Below, piece after piece: positions 47,939 to 61,600 of a DNA stretch of 64,000 nucleotides. Under the pieces are notes generated by a model. The model made no database searches and was not told where the DNA came from. It saw nothing but the letters and a program-made list of their open reading frames with translations. The stretch comes from Rhodosorus marinus CCMP1338 (taxonomy: Eukaryota; Plantae; Rhodophyta), in assembly GCA_029953675.1 (NCBI GenBank), contig JAMWBK010000003.1, positions 1,488,001 to 1,552,000 on the forward strand. The letters are read 5' to 3'. A program made the position numbers and the translations under genes. The first letter of the stretch is position 1. Every line of letters begins with the position of its first letter.

Positions 47939-50331
47939 GGTTTATGCCGAACGTGGATTCTACCAGTACGGGTCGCTCCAGCTCAGCTCGTTAGCGCATT
48001 CGCGACCGCCGTCAAGAAGACCGAGCGTTGGGTAGGACTACTTTCCCAGCTGGTCAGCCAAGGTGGCGAATTCTTTGATTGTGCACACGCTTTCAATCAC
48101 CCTGTAAAATACAAAATTTTCGAATTCGACTGGTGCTCAGACAAAGAGGGGGATCCTAACGGATACGAAGAGAAGCGGGAAGCATTGAAGCGGAACCGCA
48201 CAAATCTGCACAAGTTCGCGCAGTTTGTGAACGTTAGGGGCGGACGAGATTTCATGGCATATCGGCGCCAAGCTCATCGGACCATTGTCACCGAATGAGG
48301 ACCGAGAGGGACTACTAAGATGATACTTTGGCGAATCAGGCAGAATTCCTCATCTCGTCGTCGCGTCGAACTGGCCCTAGGAGGAATCGTCGAACGAGAA
48401 GTATGAGGGAGGAATTGTTCAAAACGATCCGAGCCGATGACAGAGATTCTGAAAACATTTCCAAGTCTCTTCTCCCTCGTGACGGTAACAGGGTATACAC
48501 GTAGTAGTACGTATAAGGGCTAGCTTCCTTGTGAGGATCGCATCCATCAAGCACTCATAGCTCGCACTTCGCCCCATCGCTCTGGAACCCACTGTTTTCT
48601 CTCGCGGAGAACAGGTTCGCGAATCTAGGGGCCCTGCAATCATACGGAGACGTTTTAAACCAGAGTACGTTCAGTCCTGTCGGCGGTAGTAACCATCATA
48701 TCAAAGGTCAGCGCCCATCGCCTGCTATTAAAAAGCCTTCTGCGCAAGTTACCAACGTATCACATATACCCCGGATAATAGGGCTTAAGCAACCAACCGA
48801 ACCACGCCATTCACTTCGCGAACGTGATCAGACAATATGACCCAAGCGCCCAAGCCAGCCAAGCCAACCACACCATCTACGTCGCTAGGTGCCGACACTC
48901 TCAGACAAGTTGCTACGCTATCGATCCGCAACTGCGAAAACCACTTGCGACAGTGAGATTATCCTTTTGTTATAAAAAAAATATTAAAAACAGATAAACC
49001 CAACTTTACTTGCGTATGATTTGTCTACTCATCTACTAAGCTATTTCTACTTGGTAAATAATAACAATAAACAATATTAAACTATTAATAATAAACTAGC
49101 TAGAATCATTTGAAGTAACATAATTGGTAAGAAACAAAGCTTTTGACTGAAGTAAATAATTTAATATAATACACTACTATTTGTTCCTCTGGCAGTTTAG
49201 GGGTTATACCCCATCTATGTCCTTAGAATAAAGGATTTATTTACCATAAATAGAAATAGTGCACTATGCCGGTAGAACTATTAGAGGGGGGCATATCGAA
49301 GCAACGAGCACGAGGAACGAAATATTTTAGTATATAGACACTAATTTACCAATTATATGTCGTTAAATACTAAATAATAAAGGAACTTTTTGAGACCTGG
49401 TGCAAGAGGCGACCTCAGGACCGCCCACAATTAAATTACCAAAAAATCATAAAACAATTTGTGTTTTTTAATATATTTTGTTTTCATGTCCATGTGAATA
49501 TATCCGAATAGATAAGATCGACCCCTTTACCCCTCCATGCAATTTCCATTGAAAAGCTTCCTTTCGCTCAAAGTTTAGAGTTAAAGGAAGAATTCTAGTA
49601 AACAAAATAGTGCCACCCTACTTCAGGGGGGTAAATTGAACCCCAAACAAAAAACCTAATTCTCATGTTTTCTATTTATATTTGAAGAGTCTCCTTAAAT
49701 ATCTTGTTCTACTCCTTGAAAACTATTTCTTCTAAATGAATTCTCTTGTCATGCGAGTTGAGAAGCCCCAAAAAAGTTTTGGGATTTTTATTGGCTCAAA
49801 AATGGGCCTCCCTAAAATTTGAATAGCTACCGTTCTTTTGTAGATAAGTCTCCTTCAAAAATAGTTTCGTTTTTAAAGGTAATTAGGAGACAATGATTCT
49901 TGTTTTTGAAAAAGAGCATGATTTGGATTCAACTGAGCATTTTCTAGGTTTTTTTTTTGTTCGTCGTTCCTTTCGAGATGGGATGTGTTGGTTGTTCGAG
50001 AGTGGGATGGAGAAATGTCTATGTGGGAGGGAAGGGGGGGGTTTGTGGGGGGTGGGGAGGGGGAGGCGGAAGGGAAGTCGTGGGAAGGAATGGTTTGCAG
50101 GTGGTGAGGTTTCTTGACTATTGAAATAGTTATGTGACGATGAAAGATTTCAGCAAAAGTTTTTACGAAATACTGGAATTTACCACCTTGACGTGCTTTT
50201 GAGATTTCGTCGTGCTGGTTTTTACGTGCTTTTCGGGGGGTGTTTCTGCGAGAAGCGGGGTTTGAAGGAGTGTTTTTGGGTGGGATCATAGTACTATGAT
50301 GGTATAAGTTGTTTTGGTATTGTAGATAAGA

Positions 50332-51926
50332 ATGATGGCGTTGCGAAGAAATCATGACGGGACTAGTGATCATGACGGAAAGGATGAGGAATCGACGTTT
50401 CTGAACGAGGACTTTGAACTCGGGGTTATTGAAAATGCGTATCGAAGCGGGACGATGCCCAGGCTCACGGGTGTGTCCTCGGGGGCGCCATTGCCTGGAA
50501 TGAACTTTACTAATGAAATGGAGGGAAGGCCAAATTCGCATGCGATGAGTGCTGGTGGTCTGTTCGCGGACGAGCTCGATGACTTTGACCCTATGCATGA
50601 CACTACATCCAGACTGCCCATTGATGGAACAGAACCAAGACAGGAAAACGGATTAATTAGCGACGAGGCTGGCGGAAAAGTTCCCTATGCAAATGTAAGC
50701 TTATTTCCGACGAGAAAATGTTATCCTCCGTCTTGCGAATGAGCAACATCGCTTTCCCTTGTGAGTTGTGTCGAGAGAACTAATATCTCTTGGTCTGCTT
50801 TAAAAACACAGGGAACTACGAAATCGCTCGCTGGTTCAAAGCGCAGCCACGACAGCTTGGACAATGACAATGACGACGACGACTCGCATTCGTTTTCGAA
50901 ACTAACAAAAACGGGAAAGGATTCGAACAAGAGCCACACACGGAAATGCCGAGAGAAGGTCAACGACAAATTCAAGCAGCTTCTTGAGGAGTTGCCAATG
51001 CCTCCGGCGGGAATTGAACTTCAGCACAAAGCCCAGATCCTGGATTACACGATAAAGACCCTCAAGGAACTGTCAAACCGGAAGACCTCTCTGGAAACTG
51101 AGTTGGCCTTCAGCAGCAAGAAGAACCTGCTTAGATGGGTTGATAATGTCATTTCCAACGCAAAAAACTTCCCTGATGCGGTGAAACCCTTCTTGGATAT
51201 GTTCTGCACCAAAAAGGGATGGAAGTATGCTGAGCTTTGGCTACCAGCGAAGAACGTGGGCGAAACGACTCACGGGAATCAGAGAGAAGTAAGAAAATGC
51301 ATGCAGTCCCTTGTCCCTTGTTGGGGTCCGAGCAAAAAAAAAAAAAATATGCATTTGCGCTTCTGGATTCATGCCGGCCACCTCGTGTGGGGGTTTTGCT
51401 CTTAAGAAACGCTAACGCGGAGTTGCTGCTGTTTTTCTCTTGCCTGCCAGATGCTTCTCCGGCTTCGTCGATGGGTTCTGAACAGATCACTGGGAGGTGA
51501 GGAACGTGAGAATCTCTTGAAGTTCGCTGCGAAGAGTGAACACTTCACTTTCAACCCACGCGTGGGTGTGCCTGGAAGAGTTTTTAGCACGCTCAGACCA
51601 GAGTGGCTACCCCAGCTTGACAATGATGAAACTTTTGTTCGTGCGTCTGAGGCCTCAGAGTTCGGCTTGAATGTCTGCCTAGCAGGTATGTTTAAACGAG
51701 TTCGGAGGACGCAACGTGGGTATGGTAGTCAAGTTGGACAGACCCTGAATGTGAATGCCTGGACCTTTTTGCTTCGTTAGTGCCGGTTGTGGTCCGCGGA
51801 CAAGTCGCCGCGGTGACTGTCTTCTTTGACACGGAGGTCAGGGACTATGACGCGGATTGTCTAGACCTTGCGATTGACATTGCCAGTCTCACTGGTAACG
51901 CTTATGGAGCCAAGACTGGTTTTTAG
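50332..51926 (+). CDS. bHLH transcription factor with C-terminal GAF-like domain, about 406 aa
   Basis: Exons 50332-50694, 50812-51288, 51451-51685 and 51781-51926. bHLH: HTRKCREKVNDKFKQLLEELP...HKAQILDYTIKTLKEL. GAF-like: GWKYAELWLP...GVPGRVFSTLRPEWL...FVRASEASEFGLNVCLA|VPVVVRGQVAAVTVFF. Confidence 0.85.
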
Positions 51927-53359
51927 TGCCTAAGGCAGCCATAAACCTGTACGCGAATGAGCTACCGGGGAGGACCAGAGACACACCTAGCTACTATTGA
52001 TTGATGACCCTGAGCGCTGATTACCTTCTATCCAGGAGTCGGATGCATGCGCCGAGGCTGTGGAAGAGGAAGGAGACTCTGCCGACTTCGGAGGAAGCCG
52101 CATGCACAGACCGAAAGTGTACAGACTTACGGACCGCAGTCCACAGCTATCCTTCTGTTTTTTCGGTTTGGAAGGCGCAAAGACTCTCTAGGAGGTTGCT
52201 CTAACGAGGAAACCAGATTGGACTTGCGATATAAGATGCGCGTGTTTTTTTTTCTATCCTATTAATTTTTGTATTCAAGAAAAATCCATTCGCAACAAAA
52301 CACATGGTGCAAGCGAATTGGTTTCACGATTAGAAGCTGGAGCACGAAGGGTTTCATCTACATTTGTTTATAGGATGAAGTACTGGAGACAACCAGCACA
52401 TCAAAACTCCAAACGAAGAGCTCACCCACAGGAAGCGCCAGCACAGGAACGTTGGCAAGCGCTCAGACCCCTGCCCAAGCAATGCAATCCGTCATCGATC
52501 ACAGTCAAGGAATCAAGTCCTTAACAGTCTAAGGAAAGCTTTCTTTTGCATGATGCTTGTCATCACCGCGCTGTTTTTTTTGGCTCATTCGCTTCGATAG
52601 AGTAAATAGTTTACCGCAGTACACCTTCTGAGCCCGGTTCACATCGCTTCTGGCCCTTCGGTATTGAAACTTGCAGCCCACTGGCCTACAAGAATTGGAG
52701 ACGGGAACGATATTGCAGATTCAATGCCAAAGAAATGTAACCAAACTTATGCGTTATCCCCAAGGGCAAACGATTGAGTGCTCAAGGAAGGGAATCAGAC
52801 AGTACGAATACATTTCTAGAAAAAGAATTGCGGTTTTCTCAACATTGAAGAAAACGGTCTTCAGCACAACGAAAACGATTCTTCTCCATCATAAGTAGGC
52901 CCTTTCAACAGATTTGTCGCGCGTACAGAAACGGATTCACAGGAGGGAAGAGAATTTTAAACTCACGGTGGTTGTTGTTATTGGCTTCCCCGCCTTGCTC
53001 GGCTGCGGGGAACAGTTTTCAATAGTAGTAGAGCAGGTCCAACGCTGCGAAAAGAGGATAGACATCGCTTCAGAAACTTCGCAACCGAAAAATGGGAAAG
53101 ACCGGATCGACGGCTCATAAGATGGATACACGGAGAAAAGATCAGACAAGGCATATATACATGAGAAAAACTATTTCGACAACGCGAAGCTTCAGTTCAA
53201 GTGTTGGATTAAGTTTTGACAATCATCATCTCCTTCCGGGAGGGAGAGTAACAGCTCGCCGCTGTAGGTGAGTCCTCACCTAGTCCCGCAAACCCTGGAT
53301 GTCTTCTTTGATCTCAGACTGGACAAAAACCCTGTGACGTCGAAGGTGAAAACAACAGT

Positions 53360-54055
53360 TCAGAGCCGTGAAAGCCTCAATTCAGGTTTGGGGGAAAAAA
53401 GGCTTTGAACTATAGTGAGCGTGAAGACTGTCAGAAAATAGACTAACTCTGCCTTTCCAAGTCTCCGCTGCGGGAGACGGGATCAGCTCAAAGTGAAGAA
53501 AATAGTTTTGTGTCAAATAAAAGTCTTCATGCAGTCTTCTAGTAATCTGGAGGACGTTTGTGGGCACCCCGTTCTCTATCAAGTTTAGATGAGCGCGCTC
53601 AAAAGTGATGTTATCAATCGAGGACAACCTCAACGTTCTTTGCAAACCCTACCATCCCAAGGAGTTCGTCGATATAAAAGCCAATCAAAGCTCCCAGCTA
53701 CCTCAGAGACGCTACTTCATACTTCCGTAGAAGATCCTGCGCCACTTTAGAATGATGGATAGCTTCAAACTCCACAGTCACATCCTTCCCTACGCCAAAA
53801 CAAGAAAAGCAATTCTCGAATTTCAAAAACAGCGCAAACCAAGAAACACATTCTAAAATTTATCAGCACATGTAGCTAACTTCAATCCCTACCTGCTCGC
53901 TCTCGAATCAACCCCTCTCCCCCAGGATGCCGTCTCCAAAACCCACTCAAATCATAGACACGATCGTGAACCGCAACATATAAATCATCATCACTTTTAT
54001 GTTTAGACACTTGAAACAGCGTTAAACTCTTCTTCTCCTTTCCATCTTCATCCAT
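53360..54055 (-). CDS. Cytochrome b5 (probably tail-anchored); 3' exon structure uncertain
   Basis: LTLFQVSKH...LYVAVHDRVYDLSGFWRRHPGG...ERAG|KDVTVEFEAIHHSKVAQDLLRKY has both heme-ligand His positions. Introns 53790-53892 and 53638-53701. A candidate last exon encodes LVYFLTVFTLTIVQSLF. Confidence 0.8.
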
Positions 54056-55072
54056 AACTACTCTTCTACTATCAAACACAAAATTACCAAATCCATTTCT
54101 CACCAAAAGGTTTCCATGACCTTCCCCCACCCACTCCATCCTCTTCCTCAGAACGCTCTACACTTTCTCTCACCAAAAACCCTCAAAAACGTCCAACTCC
54201 TCCGAAACGCGGAAAAAAATCCAACTCCATCCAAACCCGCCGATTTCAAAGTTTATTACTAAAACCCAACTAAAAACGCAACTTTTTGTCTGTAGACGAA
54301 AAGCATATTTTAGCCCTTTTTCATCGAATTCAAATCAATAAAAATAGTACTAAAAAATACGTTTTCGGATTCCTTGCTTTTTAAGCAAAGAATATGGGTT
54401 TTTGGGTTTTCTTCGAATTGTTTTGCTTATTTTAAGTTTGGCTGGGGAGGGTTTTGGGTGAGTAGCGATTGGGTATGGAAGGGGCTTCTCCATCTGAAAC
54501 TTGAGGATCCTGGGTGATCCTTCTCTGTTGATGTAATGCTCCAAATGCTGTTACTTTGTCGATCTCCTCAAGTTTGTTTTGCTTGGCATATGCCGTTAAC
54601 CCCTCAACCAATGAGACAGTAGGGGAAGGTTTGGTCTTCGCCTAAGAGTTTCTGACCTTGAACTCTAATTTAATGATTCGAGCAGTTCTTGAAGGGGTCC
54701 CAGATGTATTCCTTTCCTGCGCAACATCACCTTCGACGAACTGCTTTGCTCCCTCTCGTACACCCAGAAGCGCTAAGCTGCTCGGTTCTTGACACAGCAA
54801 CTTCGTCAAAAGCGCTTGGGAGGCAACGACCCTCGATTTCTCTCGGATTCGGTTAAACGCATACCAGCGAACGGAGTGCTTGTCATGCACCGGCTAGTAC
54901 GAACAAGCCTCTTTCTGGTGGCAAGTCAGTCAGCAAATGGTCTTGGCGACCTTGAGATTGGGACAGGTCCTTCCTCGCTTCCGAGTAGGCCAACTTTTGG
55001 TTAAAACTGAAGGTAGAAAATGTTTCATTGTAACGGTAGCTAGATTACAACCTCCCATCATCGCGCTTCCGC

Positions 55073-56434
55073 TCATGCAACGTGGGCTTGAGCTGGAAAG
55101 GATTTCGACAGGTAGCCCGATACAGTCTCAAAGAGGAAGAAACAGGCTGCGTTTGCTGGAAAAGCTCGAATCAGAGCTGGTGATACGCCCTACAGAATAG
55201 TGGAAATGGATCCTAAAATTCAGATTTAGAGCTACCTCCAAGGAACATTGAGCTCTCTGTCTGTCTGTCTGTCTGTATGTCTTTCGCGAAGTAAAAGGTT
55301 CATCGCGTATACGTACACGGAAGAATCCACGGAGTCCAGATTCTTTGTAGATCGCTGTAGCGCAGTCAGCTGTACTTTTATACCTCGGCGATACATCGCT
55401 GTCAGTCTGGATTCTTGTCTTAATGATATCAAACGGATAAGTCTGAGTCACACGGGCAGGGAGATTGGGTCTTAAACAAACAGGACGAACTGGAATCATT
55501 GTCTGCACGTATGCGATTTGACGTTACCGAGCCCCAATACACTACACCAGCGACTCCTCCTGACAATAGCAACGTTGACTGAGAAGGGGCTTTCCCGACA
55601 TCGGTCAAGCTTTTCTTGAGCACCTCGTAACATGTGAAGTACGCTAATCCTCCTGGAACTTCACGTAGAAGAGTGGGGGTAAGTCCTTTGTACATTCCGA
55701 GAATTCCTCGATTCCTGATGATGCTGCGAATGCAATCCATTGGTCTGGTAGTTGATAACGTAGAGAGTAACAATTAGTGACAGGAAGATTAAGCGTTTGC
55801 GTGTGGACGTGCATACCCTTTGTAGGAGACATGTCCCTCAGATTGTATCTGAAGTCGGCACTTCACAAGCTCCGTTGGACATGCCACTGCTGCCATGAAA
55901 ACGCCAGATCCAGCACCACAAGCAGCGTACATAGAGGTTGTCAGGGGAGCATTTTCCTGATGCAGAGGGACACAACGTTGGTGAGCCCGCAGTGCTAAAC
56001 GATTTTCTTTGTTCCAAGGAGTGGTGTACAGAGAGACCGTATCATCCTTACAGGCAGGTTTGAAATCTTCCTAGCCATTCCTCTGAGGTATCCGTTGGCA
56101 GAGAAGAGAACAGCATTGAGTACCGATACCGTGGCCAGCGGGGGGGCAATCCCCCGGAAAAGTCCTGGCAGGCCCTCGCTCTTAACCACTTGTCGAAAAA
56201 TAGACACCGCTCCATGATCAGATACAGAAGCCGACATTTGCAGCTTTACTTTGATCGTGTCGAATGGATGACCGACGATGATTTGGCCTGCGCCACCACA
56301 TGATCCCTGGAATTCGTCACAACAAGGAGAGTCTCTTAGGCACAGGATTCGAACACACCGAACTCGGATACTGACAAGTTATCCTTTCTTACAGCTACAA
56401 CATCGAGAGCAAAGTTTCGGATGTCCCAAGACAT
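55073..56434 (-). CDS. Mitochondrial carrier (carnitine/acylcarnitine or basic-amino-acid carrier subfamily)
   Basis: MSWDIRNFALDVVA|GSCGGAGQIIVGHPFDTIKVKLQ...GLFRGIAPPL...GMYKGLTPTLLREVPG...YPFDIIKTRIQ...GFFR|GVSPALIRAFPANAACF. Px[DE]xx[KR] motifs and the RE and RAFP contact points are present. Confidence 0.9.
55254..55280. repeat. (CTGT)n microsatellite in an intron of the carrier gene
   Basis: ctctctgtctgtctgtctgtctgtatg is read directly. Confidence 0.85.
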
Positions 56435-57061
56435 TGGAAGATAATTCCTGCTGCCAGAAACCAGCCCAGATTGCCCGAGCTCAAAAAGTACTGGCCGCTG
56501 GTCAAGACTCTATTTGCCCCTCAAACCCAAGCGGAAACTAGAGATCCAAAGTGTAACATGAACGATGTTACAACAGCGCCGGCAACTCTACTAAGTATTC
56601 ACCTCTGTATCCTCGGAACGACGACTATGACGTCCCACATTCCTTTTTTTTTGATTGCAAATTCGAATGCGGAATACTGAGGTGAAGAAACCTGGAACTA
56701 TTCTGGTATTGAGGGTCCCACGATGATGTCATTGATGCACGCGAAGCTTGCTACTTGGCCAAGGGATCACGCTGGGGCGTAATTTGTTGTGTTCTTTGTA
56801 CAGTGAAACAGTTGAGGTCCACCCTGAAGTTTTCCGAACTTGAATTATTGACGAGTCTACGCTGGGTGTGGGGTTGGGCGTGCGACGACCCCCGTTTGAG
56901 AAGGGTCCGCGTCATCGTTGCATTTCATTTTCGGCATTTTCTCTTTAAAAAGCTTCCCTCATCAGCATTGACAAAGGCCGACAACTGATGAACAAACCTG
57001 ATCGCCACAGCGGAGAAGTCCCTACATCGACGAGACCACCGATTTCTCACCAATACAATTT

Positions 57062-58699
57062 TCAATCTACACGGGTCACCTCCCAAGAAAATCCGGAAGC
57101 GTTCGCGGCTTCTCTCGTCGACGGTGCCACCGGGCCCGCTAAGGGAGGGAAATCTGCAGCACTGTTATAATCAGCAACGGGAACCCTTGCACCAGCCGTA
57201 CTCGGAGCTTGCGGTCTGTACTGTTCTTGCGGTTGGGTTGAGTACGTTGTACCCTCAAGTCCACGATCGCCGTCGTTTGAAGCTACTCGCGCCTGTCCCA
57301 AGTAGGCGTCTTGCGGACCCAATAAGTCGTAACCGGACATCGTCGGAACACTGGCCTTCTGTCCAAAGTCTGCCTGCTGGTCCCCGGTGCTCGACATATC
57401 AACATGCCCGCCCTTGACTGGGTACGTTTGGTTCATCCCGGCCATGTCGCTAACACCATCAACAACACCATGGTTGGCCGAGCTAGGGATCCGAGGGTTT
57501 ACCCACATCCATTCTTCAGGCCCGACTATGCCTCTTCTACTCATGCCCTATTGCAACCCAACACGGAAAGAATAAACAACACTCAGATAATCCAATTTTT
57601 GCCAATGAGACTTTGGCCAACCCTTGCTCACCGTGAATGGGTCATGTCCGACCGGAACGAATGGCGGTGTGGGCGTAACCCAGCGGTGATAACTCCGGTC
57701 AAAGTCCGGATCATAAATGTCATTCTCCCATTGTTGCCTCGGCTTCCTATTCGAAGTGGGTGAGTCAACCTGTGCATCACTTTGCGGGAGCGAGTCCGAG
57801 CGAAGAGAATTCCTCTCCGCAGCGGACTGTTTCGGAACGGCACACTCTCCTCGTCCAATGGGGCCCGGAGACTCGACGCGCTGTGAAACTCCAACACTAG
57901 AACTCGACGGTGGTTGAACCCCGTCAGCAACGGCGCGACGCGTGAAGCCTCTAGATCCATCTACTGGACCAAGAGGCTGTCTCGGCCTTGCCACTGGCTG
58001 CTTTCCATCGCTTTCGACAGAACTGTCCCTGCCCGAGTCACTGTTTTGGAATATTCTAGCACGTGCTCTGGAAAGACGAGTGAAGAGGGGGGCAGCAGAA
58101 ACGTGAGCATTTGAGCGCACATCCACTGACCAATGCGGCGGTACTATTTTTGAAAATGGCACTTACTTTGCATACTCCTCCTCTGTGATAGTGCGAATAG
58201 TTCCAGAGTTCTGGTTTTTCTTATGCACATTAGATCCCTTGCCGTGAGCGTGGTCAGACTCACGCCTTCTGATGGACATAGTCTTCATTGCACTGTCCAG
58301 TTTATCTGTGTCCCGTGATTGCTTTTGAAGGGACATATCGATATCGCTTAGTCGTGTCTTCGGAATCGCGGTAGCTTCAGTTTTGATTAATATAAGCGCC
58401 CTTGCTTCATCCACGCCAGAGTTGGATGCAGGCGCCACTAGTTTGTTCTCCAGATTATATCTTACAGCCACCTTGTGAACAATCTTTCTCTGAAAGGCGT
58501 TCTTCGGTGGGACCTCCAAACGCTGCAGTAACCCATCCCTCACAAAATTGTCGAGATTTGCTTCAAGTTTCACCAGGCTTCCTCTGTTCTTGGGGTTTTG
58601 CAATAAGCTTAGCAGAAACTCGTCAACTACCGGGGATTCATTCGAGTCGTTGATGGGACTCTCTGCACCCTCCGTCCACGCACTTCTTCGCATCTCCAT
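57062..58699 (-). CDS. R3H-SUZ domain RNA-binding protein (R3HDM/ARPP21/encore-like), about 484 aa
   Basis: VDEFLLSLLQNPKNR..LVKLEA...F...; R3H motif NAFQRKIVHKVAVRYNL; SUZ-like MSIRRR...TEEEYAK|ARARIF. Introns 58068-58166 and 57548-57631. Confidence 0.85.
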
Positions 58700-61600
58700 T
58701 GCAGATACCACACGATTCAGACGCCCAGAAGAGATCCCCGTTCCACTCCCCCCCGAAAAGCAAGCACCTGCTTGCTCCTCAACGAACTCGGCGGGAAACA
58801 CGCTTAACAACGTCCCCCTCTCAAACACATTCTGCTCACAACGGACACATCTTTTCACGCGGCCTAGAGTGGTCAAATCCCTCCACAATCCTCCTCCCAA
58901 CAAAAGTCCAGGGGACAAACAAAAGCGACCCGGCAACTCCCACCACCAAAAGCAAACTCTACTAGAGCCCAACCCCTTTTCACACAAACCGCTTAGGCGA
59001 AGAAGGATCAAAAGAACAAAACTTACTATATATATATCCTCCGCAGCTTAACAGCCTATTCTATCCGTCCCCATCCTTACTGAACTCATCATATACCAAG
59101 ACCCCTAAAGACTCGACTACACCCACAAAACAATAGAAACCAAATATTCCTCGTATAGCATATTGTCCTACTCCATAAACACAAACAGATACACACACAC
59201 ACCTACCTATCCTTCCCTACCCCTCACAACTCCAACCTTTCCCACTGACAGCAGCTCCTCTTCTCCCAAGACATACAAGGAATCCATTCGCACAAGTGTG
59301 TCCCTGTTCAAGCAACCAGCAACACACCCTCCAACGCCAGAGGATTCCAAAAATTCCACTGTACAAATATTATTATTATATGTCATAAATATACTTTATA
59401 AACTTACGTCCTAATTCGATCTAATTTCGGCAACTGCGTTTTGGGCAATCTTAGCATATTCATAGTACCAGAGGATCATTTGTTTTCTTATGGTATAGAT
59501 TTTAGGGAATATTGTCAATAAATAGAAAACTATCTTTAAATAAGAAATAGTTGAATCTATTTTTATAATGTATGTAGATATGATAATATAAACTTAAGAA
59601 AGGGTATATCTTTACGTCCAGTCGGTTTTCGCTCCCAAAAACCGAGCGTTGGGGAGTTACCACTGTTGTTCTTCTTTATTCGATTATTTTTTAAAGGATG
59701 AACTCGTCCACGGTTTGGGGGGTGACATTTGACACCCCTCCTCAGCTTCTTTTCATAGCAGCCCATCAAAATACTATCATTTTGTGATAGGTGGGCACGA
59801 CCCCACCCACTACCCCATAAAATGATTTCAGCAAAGAAGTTTATTAGAATAAACAAAGGTATTTCTTGAAGCGGAATAATCTCTAGAGGGGTAGATAGAA
59901 ATTCTGTTCGATATTTGCATGGAGAAATAGTGATTGCGATCCTTGGTTTTGAGTTCACGAGGGATGGTTATATTGACTTATTCGAGTTTAATGATTGAAG
60001 TCGAGGCCTGTATTTTTGTACTCGGATGAGGGGGATATTCAGTGCAATTGGCCTTTCCGATTTTATAGTATAATAAAAATAATATGGATATTTGAAAGCG
60101 TTTGATAGATATTTAGTAGGGGGTATTGCTAGGCTGTTTGCTTCCGAGCGTAAAACAAAAAATACATCAAGGGCTTTTTGCCGGAGCTCCTAACCCCTCG
60201 TAGCTTACCCGCTTTGAAAGGGGAAACCATCCCCTTACTATAGTAAGCAATGGAATATGAAAGAACGAGAAAAAACCATACTTACTCATATTCCTCCCCC
60301 CCTGCCAAATAGATTGAATTGTCTCCGGTTGAAACTCTCGTATTGCACCCTTTTGGCTGTGTTGGTATTGTTCTCCCTTTATCGATGTGCAGAGGAAGCT
60401 GTGGGCGAGCGTAGGTTGGTCGGGCTGGCTCACTTTGGTAGAACGTTTGCCAGATGACATCCAGATGCACTAGAAAACGCATACATGGAGTTACCTCAGC
60501 CCATATCCACATTCACATCTAGGCGAACAGGCCATGTTCGCGAACACTGGATTCTGATTAGAGACAAGAGGGTCTCTTTGATGAGTCATGATTGTGATAG
60601 TTTCCTCCTCTAGCCTAAACCAACCGCGCGAGACTAACAGGTCATGTAGGGAATCTTGAAGGCCGAATATGAGGTTCTACAAATGTTCGCTAAAACACCA
60701 AGGGTTTTTGAAGTGCGCAGTTCAAGAGCTCGAGATCTAGGCATGCATCAGCAGCATATCCATAGCACCAAGCACAATAAAGAATTGAACCGATGAAATC
60801 CATTCTCGCCGGGATGAAAATCCTGGCCCCTAATGCGAGCGGCGATCAGGCCTTCAGGCCAGTCATACAGGGGAAACACACACACTCTCTCTCTCTCTCG
60901 CACACAGTCATCCAAAAGACGCAACCAGATCAAACAAAAATAGCAGCTTCAGGCAGGTGGGCATCCCAAACCTAAATCGATTCTATCATACCTCTTAGCC
61001 AGAATCGTTAACCAAACATTCCTCGTCCAAGTCAAGACCTCCATCCACTACTGTTTGGTTTCCGGTAAACCCACCAGGCAAGACGAAAGACAAGACAAGT
61101 GTCTCCATCACCAGTTCCCCAACACTTCCCCTCTTAAACTCTTCCCTCAAACTCAAAACGGCCACCTTTATAAGCACACAATTTTTCCTCAAGACAGACT
61201 CCCTCCCCAGCCCTCAAATAACAAGAATAAACTTTAAAAAGCCTCACTTTCCGGCAATACCAAAAAAACCTTTCTAAACCCTACAAAAATCCCGCCCCCT
61301 CAAATACCTTCAAAACCAAACCTTAATGTAACAGGAAAAGGAAGAAGAAGGGGTTAAAATGAGACCCGTAAGAAGAATTTTCTTATATTTAAATGCGTAA
61401 ATATTATTTCTGATTTTGTATTTTTGGTGTAGATCTACCCCTACCTTGATGTTGTTCTTATTTTTTAATTGTAAATATATAAGGGGGGGTATTAATTTTT
61501 TTGGATTTGATGAGGACGAGTATTTAGGGAGAAGCACGTCTTGTAGGAGGAGAAGGGGCCACTGCGACGAGAGGGTGGGAGTGGTGTGAGAAGAGTTTGG

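Noticed and set aside
49873-50598. 241-aa minus-strand ORF
   Set aside because: Antisense to the bHLH leader and exon 1; its composition reflects the strand skew.
53150-53460. Possible FAD-binding reductase domain after cytochrome b5
   Set aside because: It would need implausibly short (18-25 nt) introns and lacks the RxY(T/S) motif; a tail anchor is the simpler reading.
58700-59011. 104-aa N-terminal extension of the R3H ORF (TTG start)
   Set aside because: Falls in the G/T-rich leader; the first ATG at 58699 gives a normal R3H-SUZ start.
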